Source: Enoplolaimus lenunculus
Taxonomy: Eukaryota
Length of the DNA: 64,000 bases
Direction: 5' to 3'
Assembly: GCA_030248215.1 (NCBI GenBank)
Contig: JASANG010004128.1
Location: forward strand, 1 to 64,000
In this document: in pieces, positions 43,562 to 55,370 of the stretch
How positions within the stretch are numbered: the stretch's first letter is position 1
How the letters are laid out: the number at the start of each line of letters is the position of its first letter
Made by a program: the position numbers and the translations under genes
Notes under the pieces: generated by a model
Database searches by the model: none
What the model saw: the letters and a program-made list of their open reading frames with translations, nothing else
What the model was told of the DNA's origin: nothing

Positions 43562-45068
43562 CAGAACTGCAATCTACCCATGGGTACCCGCGGCTATCGC
43601 AGGTACGGGTAAGAGAATTTTGGCGCTGGTATACCCGCGGGTAAAACATTTTAAAGTGCGGGTAAAAATTTGTGATTCTTTACCGCCTAAAATTTTCATA
43701 ACAAACTTGAAGCCAGATAATGTAGAAATACCGTTTTTACCGTATGAGCGAAAAATAAGTATTACATTACTGAAATCGGGCTGTTAAATCGAAAAATATT
43801 TGTGGCTCTTTGAATGGTAGTAAGAATGTACCTTATCCATTTGCTCATATACTTTGCGTTCATACAGAAGTTATACTTTTCTTAAACTTTGAACAATATG
43901 TTTACAGCTTTCTGAAAAAGGTATTGAAACAAATTGTGACGAAACCGTAAAGAAATATGATTTATGCGCTCTTAACTACAACAATTTTGTACAGACAAGA
44001 ATGTTTTCACTGATCATACATCGGCAAACAACCTAGTTTTAACAGTGATGGATGTATTAAAGTGCAATTGTCCGGTGTTGTATTTCGCTTAATGGTTTGT
44101 TTTGAAAGTTACTGATAAAAAGTTTTGTAATGTAATTCGAGTGAGTAACATCTATGCACTGAAAATTGCACAATTGTGCGGCGTTCACAATAAAAAATTT
44201 GGCCTGGCCACAAAATATGTCCCATCCCACGGTTAACGAGTGGTCATTGACCCTACCTCAATGAAAATTTTCCGTTGACCCTACCTCAACGAGTGGTCTG
44301 TGCCACTCGTTAAGGTAGGGTCAACACGCTTTTTACAACCCGTGACACGCGTTGACCCTACCTCAACGCAAAATTTCTGTTGACCCTACCTCAACGTGTA
44401 TCACAGACAATTTGTGACACACGATGATGTAGGGTCAACGCCAAATTTCATATATATATTTGTATTTACAACACACATGATTGTTATGTGTGTGAGCTAG
44501 CGCTAACCCTGGGTCAGCGCAACACGAGTTTTGTGGCAAAATTTAACGAAAATTTCAAATGTTACATTCGGAGTGATTTGAATATGGTAAGTTTTTAGGA
44601 ACAACAAATAAATTTGGGGGGGGTACGCGCATACTGTAGTGACCCGACCCGAATAAGAGGGGGAAATGATCTTTATTTGGTCTCTCCAGAGGGTTCCCCC
44701 GTAGGGTCAATGCGTGTCACGAGTTGTAAAAAAGTGTTGACCCTACCTCAACGAGTGGCACAGACCACTCGTTGAGGTAGGGTCAACGGATAATTTTCGT
44801 TGAGGTAGGGTCAACGACCACTCGTTAACCCTGGGATGGGACATATTTTATGGCCAGGCCAAATGTTTTATTGTGAACGCCGCATTGTATTTGAACGCAA
44901 AAGAAAAGCTAAGGGCAGGTAAGGTCCGTAACGGTAAAGGAATTTTGCGTGGGTAAAGACAGGTAACGCGTAAAGCGATTCTGCGGGGGTATACCAGCGG
45001 GTAAAAAAGAAAATTTCCGTGGGTAAAACGCAACGCGGGTAAAAAATCTTTACCCACTTACACCTCTG
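43562..45068. mobile_element. hAT-like non-autonomous element hosting nested insertions
   Basis: CAGA...TCTG termini, 7/8 TSD ATTCCAAC/ATTCCAAT, CGGGTA subterminal motifs at both ends. Confidence 0.6.
44177..44884. mobile_element. Foldback MITE with ~185-bp TIRs and internal GTTGACCCTACCTCAAC repeats
   Basis: 44177-44360 is the reverse complement of 44701-44884. Flanking direct repeat TTG (or ATTGT, depending on where the terminus is placed). Confidence 0.85.
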
Positions 45069-48000
45069 ATTCCAATGTTAGGGAATACAAAGTAAAGGGC
45101 CAGGACGATAAAACAACGTGAGTTAAAAATATATTTCTAATATTAAAACATTCAATACTAACCCTTTCTTAGACGCGGCGTCTTGCAATCATAACTTCTA
45201 AGAGCACAACCTGAGTGGCCTTTATTGTGGCCATGTTTTGTATCCAGCATGTGTCAATTGTAACATGGTGTATGCATACAAATTTTAGTGTGAAATAAGC
45301 ACAACAAAATTTTTCATCAACGGTTTAATTTACTTGGTTCAGTTTATTTGAAGTTATTAAAATTTGGAATTATACCAATCAGCGAGAAATGCGACAGGTT
45401 TTAATCAGTAGACGTCAATCTTAGGATTTGATTCAATTAATTAATCACAGTAAGATTATATTGCCCAGCATAGTAAACCAATTTAACTAGATCTAACCAA
45501 AATACAACATTTATGAACGGTCAAAATTAATTTGGCCTTCGATGTCAAGGCTACTACTGCATTTAAATCAAACCGCAAATCCGTTGACTATCTGTAGTCG
45601 TCATCATTAAACTGAAAACATATTATACGTTCGAAGGAATTTGCAGAGCTAAACTTCTCACTGTGAACAATGCATTGTATACTTTGGAACATTAACCAAC
45701 ACAAAACCAACTTCGAAAATATATTTTGAATACATTTGAGCGTTTTTAAAATTTTTAATTCTCCCCAGCTCATAGAAGTTCGATTTCGGAAATGAAGATA
45801 AACCGCAAAAAATCAGGTAAAGCATATGCTAACTGTTAACAATTATACAACACGTACGCATGTTCTAAACTTATAATTGCAATTAAAACACAAATATATG
45901 GGTAAATTCTATTATTTATATGAAACACATATGGCGTAAACATTTTAGTAACCACAATTTGTTAAAAACTATTTTGACGAACCGCCCGTGTATGATGAAA
46001 CAACGTTAGCTGACGCACCAAATATTTTAAACCGATTGCTGTCCCTGAATTTCTTTATACAAACGCTCGTTGGTTATGAATAGGAGTAGCAATCCTTAAA
46101 TCAGGTCCGTAGCCAGCTCAATCTACTATAAGGTGTACAAAACAATTTTAGGAGGGGCTACAGGTTCAAATAACAAGATCACACGCGGGGTTAAAACTTT
46201 CCAGGCAGAAGGGACAAAAGATTTCAATGGCGGACTGATCCCCCAACCAGGTCCATCGGGCAAGGCGCCCGCTATAAACATATTACCGGTTTTGCTCGTG
46301 CAATAAACCGTTTATCGAGTCCGAATCACTCGTACGCGTCATAATGTGATCTGTTGCGAAACATAACCTGTCACACCAGCTTTAACGCAAATAACATCAA
46401 CTTGTAAAACTGTTCCAAGTTCAAGACATTACAAATAAAACAACACCAACAAACAATGACAATATCTAAAATATCAGTTGTCTTGTTGACAAACAAGCGG
46501 TGGGCAGCCAGTGCGCAACAAATGTTTGAATGCTTATCCATCAATATTTTTGTTGATCAAATTTGAACAGAAAATGTAGCAATGCCAAAAGAGCTCCGAG
46601 ATTTCTAATTGAATCACGTTGAGTTCAGTGTATTCAAAGAAAATAAATTTTAGCTAAAATTTATTGACGGACAATACCTACACACTTTGGTGAGAGCGGA
46701 TCGATGAATTTTACAAACCAGAATCAGCAAATGTATTATATACTTTTTGACAGTTTATCCCATCCCACAATCAGCTTCACATGTTATGTGGACCAAAGCA
46801 ATTTTACGAAGGCATGTTGTTGATTTTGTAAGACTTTAATGGGAGGCTCAAACTTTTCAAGGGTACGGGCAAAAAATATAAATGTGTATTTTTCTAGAAA
46901 GAACTAAGCGCACCCCTAGCTCCTTTTCAACTGTCTGCGGGTCTAAGCTTGTATGTATTATGAAATCGTTTACCGCAGTGTCATTGTTGTTTAATAGAAC
47001 TGCGGTTCCGGTTATTGTGAAATGTATTCTTTATTAAAAGTTTGACGCAATGTGAAATAACGTGTCAACTTTTATAACTAGCAAAAAAGATCAGTTGTTA
47101 CGCATTTTAATACATTTGAACATGCCTAAAAGCCAGTTCGAACTCGATGAATGTCGTTTTCGTATCTATTTTTGTTAACATAATAATATACAAGGTTTAA
47201 TGGTATACAAAACATATTTCTTATACGAAGAGCATCATCGTTCATCGCGTAATAGTGAGTGAGGAACAGAGCAAAAATGATATACGAACAACAAGTGTAT
47301 CTCTATTTTTGGCAATTGAAAAATTACAAAGTGCATATGTTGTATTCGTAACACCGCACGCCGTTCGGCTTTATACAAGAAACAGAAGACAAAGTATAAA
47401 CTGCAGCAGACATTTGTGGTGAAAAAACAGCGATACGGTTTAGGCTGAGAGAGCGAAAGAGTTGCATAAAATATTCGCCTCGTTGAAAAAACGACTCCTG
47501 GATTCCGAAAATGGTCTAGAAGCAACACAGGACGCGTGGCAACTGCTTGACAGTCAGGAAAACTAGTGCTTCAAATTTTTGTACGATAGAAATTTTTGAA
47601 CACCGCATCAACATCACCAAAATATGATATACGCATAAACTTGCTACGGTATCAATCTTATATGATGTCTATAATACACCAGTCTCCTTCATCATATTTG
47701 TCCTCCCACTGGTTTTTAAAGGTTTCTGTCATATTTTCAAGGATCGATAAACGACAACGTATAGGGTTATAAAGGAAAATTTTATGACAAGTGCGTTGAA
47801 ACAAATACAGTGTATGATGAGGACTGTTAAAAAATTTAATCCAAAATTTAGCTCTGTTTGAACGTATATATGTTCACTTGAACACATTTAAATATGATGT
47901 TACGCGTGCTGCAACATATTTGGGAATATTAGAAACAACCTGGGTATTATATACCTTCACAAAATTGAGCCCGATGTGAGTTTTACTTTGTTTGTGTGGT

Positions 48001-48791
48001 CGGTCACGCTTACATATTTGGACGAAGCTTTACAATGAATATATCTTTTATAGACGTTTAGCACAAGTGTGCAACCAGAATTACCGGAACCGGGAAAAAA
48101 TGTTTGCTACCGAACAATTTTAAACCTATTTCATCGCTTTTAATGGGAAACTAGTTTATTTACGATACGAAGTTTATGCTAATTTTTGTGTTTTGCAGGT
48201 CCTCAGTTTCACAGAAGCTGAATTCGTCTTCATTGTATTTTTTAGTGAATTTTGAATATGACACAAATTGACTAATGTGACTTTAAGGGGCGTCCGGGTT
48301 TCTGGTGGGTCCATAAAAAGTAGGTTTAGGTCCTAGATTACATGTTTTTGCTTAGGCTTAGGCTTAGGCACTCATTATTGCAACGCTTACGCTTAGGCTT
48401 AGGAATACGTTAAATCTACAGTTACGCCCGTTAAAGTAACATTGGCCGAAAATTTTGTCAACACACACTTATACAATTTTTGAAAAATAAGTTAGGATAA
48501 TATGCCAATTTTTCTTAAATTTTTGAATGAGAAACGTTTTCAATACAGAAAATTTCGGTGAAATATACTGGATTTATTACCGAAATGAGATAGTGAACCT
48601 CATTTTCGTACCGAAAGTAAAATTCCGATTTCACCCTGGTTTGAACTAAATTTGCAGGTTGTGGATAATTAAAATAAAACGGAAACAGATAATGATCAAA
48701 ATAACGGAACGGAAATCGAAATAAAAAAACAGATCATTTTTAAACTTTGGACGAATTTCATAATTTTTGTTTCATATCGGACAACTACAGC

Positions 48792-49203
48792 CAGGGTGCA
48801 ACCGGAATTCCGGTTTCGGTAGTGAAATACGGTATTTTTCACTATCCGGTTGCGGTAAGAAATCCGGAATTTTTTCACCGGAATTTTCTGGTATTTTCGG
48901 TATTGAAATCTTTTTCTCATTCGAAAATTTAAGAAAAATTGGCATATTAATCTAACTTATTTATCTAAAATTGTCCGAGCGTGTATTGTCAAAGTTTTCA
49001 ATTTGTGTCACACTCCATATTTTTTCATGTTTCTACCTATTGCATTTGTTTCAGGATTTCCGCATCCTGATGTGTTTACAGTATTAAAAGCGATAAATAG
49101 CGCTTGAAAATGAATTTTCTGGTAACAAATATTTTTTCTTTTCCGGTTCCGGTATTTTTTAAACTTTTCGATTCCGGTATTTTATAATTCCGGTTACACC
49201 CTG
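48792..49203. mobile_element. hAT-type MITE (degenerate relatives at ~48066-48638 and 53591-~53940)
   Basis: 17/18 TIR CAGGGTGCAACCGGAATT; perfect 8-bp TSD ACTACAGC. Confidence 0.9.
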
Positions 49204-50420
49204 ACTACAGCATATTTGTAATAAAAATTACGAAATATTCACGTGATTTATATATAATTTTTGAGCATAAAAAAACAAAAATTCCAGAATATTTATAACG
49301 AAAACGGACACTGATATTTACCGGAAACCGATACGCGGTACACCCTGTAATTTACAGTTTCGTTTGTCAAAGCGTACGTACTTACATAATAGTAGGTCAT
49401 TGATTAACTGAGTCAAAATGGTTAGCCTGTTATATTATATACGCAGATAGTATTTCTTCAATTTTGAAAGTAAAATAGAATGTATAACGCGTGTGAGATG
49501 TTAAATAGTTTTGTTTTGAAAAATTTCGTAGTGAAAAACCCATCCTGCCCGAAATTTTGTTTTCAATTCATAACCTGTTAGCGAAATTAGTTATTACGTA
49601 ATCTTAGCAATTTAACTCAAAACCGTTAGTTAATGTGTATAACAGTCTTTTTTCTAGGAGGGAGGCAAAAGTGTTTTATAGAGAGGTTAAGCCCCTGGCC
49701 TCCATGCGGTTACGACTTACGTACGACCCGTAAGTTATTTAATATTAAAATTTTAGGACACAGTTTTTGCTTCTCATGTCAAAAGATGTTATGCAACAAA
49801 TACAAAGAACATACACCGCTCAAAAAAATTTACTTTCTCATACCACAGTATACCTACGACGATGTTGGCAGCATTGTGCACAAAATTGACAAAATTAAAT
49901 AAATTGAGTTGTTTTGACTTCCGTATATCAACTACGCGTTCGTTACTGATGTCTTGCAATATATATTCACCAATTTACGTCAATGCGCGAGCCAAAGCAA
50001 ATATTTACCTCTTAAGCTTAAAAATATTCCATAAAAAATTCACCTGTATATACGCAACCAATTTACGCACATTGCTATATCTACCTCCTTTAATATTTTC
50101 GCTGCAATGTTTAATTAGCACAACTTTGAGGCGTTGCTTATCTGGATGATGTAAAAGCAGTGAGATTTTGGTGAACCATATGAAACCATCTAGTAGTGAA
50201 ACTGAAGTTGTAAAACAAGCTTAATTGTTTTAAACCGGGTTTTAATTGATACAGGGTAGAAGCGGAACTTCAGTGAATTTGATTGCAACCTTTTCGTAAT
50301 TTAGAAAGCGTTATTTACCAAAATATCTCAAAATATTCAAATACATGTTAACGTTACAATAAACATATAAAAATGTATAGTTAACCAAATACAAGAATAC
50401 TATTTATTTTGCCTCTACAG

Positions 50421-50743
50421 CCGGATGGGCGGTCTCGGTTAAATACCGACACCGACACCGAGACCTGACTACCGAGATCGACCATGAAACGTCTCGGACT
50501 CGGTCAATTTTTGGTCATTACCGAACAAATAACATTGTCAAAATAAATTATCTCCAATGAGGTTTTCGTAATTTTTTTGTGTTTTTTCAGAATATCTACT
50601 CATAATTATTGCGTAACTATGAAAATTCATTAATTCACGGCGAAATTTCATTGATCAGGCATCACTTCCAAACCACCGAGAGTTAAAAATCCGAGACCGA
50701 GTTCGAGACCGAACCCTGCCAAATACCGAGACTCCTATCCCTG
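50421..50743. mobile_element. hAT-type MITE with ACCGAG subterminal repeats (partial relative at ~62323-62410)
   Basis: Perfect 8-bp TSD CTCTACAG; imperfect TIR GGATGGGCGGTCTCGGT / ACCGAGACTCCTATCCCTG. Confidence 0.8.
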
Positions 50744-50826
50744 CTCTACAGAGATTTTTTCAACCCAACCCCTGCCGATCCGCACTTTAAAGTTTCTCCG
50801 GGTGCTATAATTATAAGACATTCCAG

Positions 50827-53094
50827 TCAGCTTTCACAATTCGGCGTCAGTAATTCAGCATAAGCTCCGGTCAACCTTTCTGAATTCTCAAACTGAAGCG
50901 TTTTCGTAAGGCTTTCAGCGATAACAACTCCATCATTCCGATCTTGATCAGCACGAAGAACAACCTAATTGTATGTAAACTGTGATACAGCACTGGAAGC
51001 GATAATAACTGGTAGTGTATGCTGATTGGCATCTGCTTTGATAAATATTAACGAACAGTTAAATTTCACAGTATATTATATAAGTACGCTTTCAAATCGT
51101 TTGAAACATAAATCGAAGTTCCTCTTTGATTATAGTCAATACGAAATGCTCGTATGAACATTAGATATATACGTTTTAAGAGACCACCCATGGTCCAATT
51201 ATTTTCAACTGGTTTCGTTGCATTCGTAAATCAGCTATCATTTTTTAAGTTTGATATTTAACCGGTCTTAGGAAACGGAGCCAAAAAACCAAAGGCATTT
51301 CGAATGTTTTAAAGTAACTTATGAATTAACACAAAGTTACTTCAAATTCCACAAAAGTTCCTAAGCCATCGACTTGGTCTAGATGTACACGGGTCTGTCC
51401 AATCAACCATAATTCGCGAACTTTGGTTACTGTACAGCGAGCACCGTACGCACGGGATAGTACTTCCTTAAAATTAAAATTGTGATTCTTTATCTCATGC
51501 TTATCAAACTGGTTTACCTAGTTTTATTTAATGCGGACAGATGAATTACAGGATGTTGCAAGCAAAACTGCAGACTGCAACAAAATTTTAGCGATTGCAA
51601 AATGCAATTTTCCCATCATAGTACGATGAAACCTCGCAGGTTTGTAAAGACTTAATACTAATGAAGTTTACTCTAAATACTTATGACCAAGAACAAAATC
51701 GTGCGAAATTTAGTCGCAAGCAAAGTGCACAAAGATGTTAATTTGCAAAGTGCCAGAATCTGATGCTAAAAAGTCCCTTGTTAGGTAAAAGTATTTGCTC
51801 ATTTTGCCTGAGACAAAACTTATTCTTGCTGTATATATTAACTCGGTATTGGTGGCGAATAAAAAGTATGAGCTCAGGGCGATTCATAACGCCTTATCAG
51901 ACGTCGGTAAGTTTCGGAACCGTACGTACATGTATGTATAAAATTCAGCTCATGATAATTTGAACCTATGCTAAGACAAAGACGGTCTAGTTCCACTATT
52001 TATATATCCCAATTGTCCCAAATGTCCCCACTTTCCCAGCTGTTTCATTTGTCTAACCTGAACCCAGAGCAAAACTGCGTCCACAGTAGCAAATATCCCC
52101 ACTGTCCCCATTGTCCCAAATATCCCGCTCTCCTAACTGTCCACACTGTCCAAACTTTCCACTGTCTCAACTGTCCCAACTGTCCGCACTGTTCCAAGTG
52201 TCGTGGTGTCCCAACTACTCTCACTATCCCAACTGTCTCCATTGTCCCAATTGTCCCGCTGACCCACCTGGCCAATGTCCCAACGTCTCCCTACCTGCCA
52301 GTGTACAGGCTGCTATAATTAACAAGGGCCGTAAAGTTTATGTTGAAGCTGATGCTAGTTTTATACCGCAGATTGCTTGTAGAAAAATGCGTGTCTCCCA
52401 ATGTACAGGCAGCTATAATTAACAAGGGCCCTAAAGTTTATGCTGAAGCTGATGCTAGTTTCCGACCACCAGATTGCTTGAAGAAAAAAACGACTCAAAT
52501 ACCTGCCTTGAGCGTGTTTGCGTCATCAGTTGAAGCGATAACGTAATCACTGAGCTTTGCATCAGACTTCGTTTCCCGTTCGTAGTGAATTAAGCGTCCA
52601 TTTTTCTGAAAATATAACACGATAAACAACAGCGCAGCAGTTTTGCTTCTCCAACAAAACTTACCCAACAAGTGGTTTTAGAGGATGCAAGCTGCAAACT
52701 TCTTGAACTCAAAGATGCAACTAGAGGTGGGCGGGAATAGTCGTCACCATTGCCCGTTGAGTTTCGTTCTGTAGTCAAAGATTGTTAATACCAAAACACA
52801 GTTATATAAATTTTTTCGTCCACTCTACAAACAACACCCAGTTAGGGGCCTGCACACAATCCAAAATTCTATTTAAAACATATTTTTTCACCGTGAAAAG
52901 ATATTTTAACAAATTAAATCACTAACCTCGTTGTTTTGTGTGCGCAACTTTAGCAAACCATTAGGACAGTTGAAAAATATATCGCGCTGATTTAATGTTT
53001 GGTCTGGATTTGATTTCCCAGTTTCAGAACGCAAAATATTTCGCACAGCATCTATATCTTGAACGCGCATTTTCAATTCAATGTTTCGTGGCAT
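50827..53094 (-). CDS. CYTH-domain (CyaB/class IV adenylate cyclase-like, triphosphate tunnel metalloenzyme) protein, 4 exons (53094-52927, 52605-52507 or 52503, 51466 or 51462-51341, 50964-50827), 176 aa
   Basis: NIELK (ExExK-type) start, Q.D.FF..LKLR, LIHYER..KLSDY, VTK.RELW.IGQTRVHLD.VDGLG.FVEFEVVL, GAYAELL; exon phases consistent. Confidence 0.9.
52008..52290. repeat. Degenerate TGTCCCA satellite in CYTH intron 2
   Basis: Repeated TGTCCC(A/C) units. Confidence 0.8.
52283..52480. repeat. ~100-bp tandem duplication in CYTH intron 2
   Basis: TGTACAGGC.GCTATAATTAACAAGGGCC.TAAAGTTTATG.TGAAGCTGATGCTAGTTT at ~52302 and ~52402. Confidence 0.85.
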
Positions 53095-53941
53095 TGTTTT
53101 TGTAAGAAGGTACTACGTGTTAAAATAATCAAATCATATCATCATTGCAGCCCATGTTACTAATAGGTTTCTCCCAATTTATCAGGTAATATTCCAGTTT
53201 ACCAAAATAGCAGTTTCCCGGGTAATCTCTCGATTTCCCATAACCACAATTTTCCGGATAATTTCAAAATTTCACAAAATTAAGTAATATACCAATTTCC
53301 CAAAATCCGTGCGAAAACATGGAAATCAAAATGTCAGTTTCAGAGTAAAATCCCAATAGGCTGAGGTTTAGGATTAGGCAAAAGAAGGAGGATGGGTCTG
53401 CACACACCTTTCCCTCCTCCACTAGGAAGGAGGTGGAGGACGAGGGAGGGAAAACTTGAGCACCCTCCTCCTCCACAGGTGGAAAACGATGGATACATGT
53501 TTGCAAAAATTACCCAGCTTGGTTCATATAGCTTAAGCACGAACACATGTCAAGCTTTATGAAGTTTCTTTTTGTCCGAATAGCCAAGACCAGGATGCAA
53601 CCGGTATTATAAAATACCGGAACCGTAGTTAAAAAATACCGGAACCGGAAAATAAAAAATATTTGTTGCCAAAAAATTTATTTTTAAGCGCTATTTTACC
53701 GCTTTTAATGCTGTAAACACACCATTTAGAATGCCAAAATCCTGAAACAAACGCATAGTAGGTGGAAACATATGATAAATTATGGAGTATGGCACATACT
53801 GAAAATTTTGGCAATGCACGCTCGGACAATTTTATATATGTTAGAATAATATACCAATTTTTGTCCAATTTTCGAAAGAGAAAATTTTTTCGATAATAAA
53901 AATATCGAAAAATTCCGGTGAAAAAAATACCAGATTTCTTA

Positions 53942-54125
53942 AGCGTCATTTTTGAGGGTAAATAAATGGCGTTACATTTTTAGAGGGCAATAAAATAGCT
54001 TCACACTTTGGACCGTAATTAAATGGCGTCATATTTTTGAGGGTAACTATATGACGTCATACTTTTTAAAAGGTAATTAAACAAGCGCCATTTTTGAGGG
54101 TAATTAAATAGCGTTTTTTTGGAGG
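53942..54125. repeat. Degenerate ~31-33-bp tandem repeat (TTTTGAGGGTAATTAAATGGCGTCAT-like)
   Basis: About six imperfect copies visible. Confidence 0.65.
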
Positions 54126-55370
54126 TTACAGCAATTTCGGTAGCGAAATTTTGCCAAATTTTGTAAAGAGCAACACTAAAATCAAGAATAATTTACCTAC
54201 AGATATTTGCTAAAATTAGTAGTGAACATCATTTTAACTACATAGTTACGCCTCACCTCCGGCTTCTTATCCGGATCCAGCAAATTTTTGAACTCTGTCT
54301 ACGGTATTTTCCACCTCCAGTTGCACTGTGGTTTTAATGGATCTTCAAGTGCTGCTTAGAATTGAGTTACATAACTCTAAATTTCAACCCTGAGAGGATT
54401 GTTTAGTCTAAAATCTACAAAAACTTCCACAAATTTGGTTTTACAATTCGCTATCAGTTCACCCAAAACCAAAATTTTATTCAAAACATAACAGCACAAA
54501 ACCATAACAAAATGCGAGGTACAAAGTTAGCAATGCTTAAAATGACTCGAAGATATATCGCATTCAAAATTTTGACTGAATTATAGCTAATAGCTCCTTA
54601 TGAACATAAACATAGCGGAATTCGTGGCATTTCCACAACTGAAATAGACATCGATTTCTACGCAAAGGGGTAGCTGTTTACGTATTGAGGAACAACCGGA
54701 CAGCCATGTTTCGATCATAAAGGAAAACGACACAGCCATCATTGTACATCGGCGGTCAGCCTCCGATAGAATGTTTCCTGGAAATTGCCAATTTCGGTTG
54801 TGAAATTTATCGTACTTTATAAAATTGGTGCAATGCAACGAGTTCGTCAATAAGTTTGAAACAATTCATTGGCAACCATATCTTTCGCAGCAAGATTTAA
54901 AAATTGGACAGCTATAGATTTGCGTTGGGAAAACGGGAAAATGGGACAGTTCTGATTCGGGCAAACGGATAAGCAATATATTCTCGTCGGGAAGACACGG
55001 CAGCAATATTTGATAGTTTTATATTTTCGCTTGGAAAATAGGAGAATGGCACAGCTATATATTTCAACAGGAAAAACGGTAAAATTGGACATATATTTTT
55101 TCATTGGGTAAACGGGTGACACAAAAACCGCAGCTGAAGGTCTACAAATTTTGCTAAAGCCAGAAGTGAAGTAACTCTAGGTCATCCGTGCAATTAAAGT
55201 TCTCAAAATCACCACAAATAAAAAACCAAGCACTTTTTACAAAAATACGTATGTTTTATTACCAAAATTTTACGCAACCACTCAAAAAATTCTAGTGGTC
55301 CAGGACGTCGCTTTTTTGTTTCAGTGCCAAAGGCAGACCTCCGGTTGTACCCTGATAATGAGCTATATTG

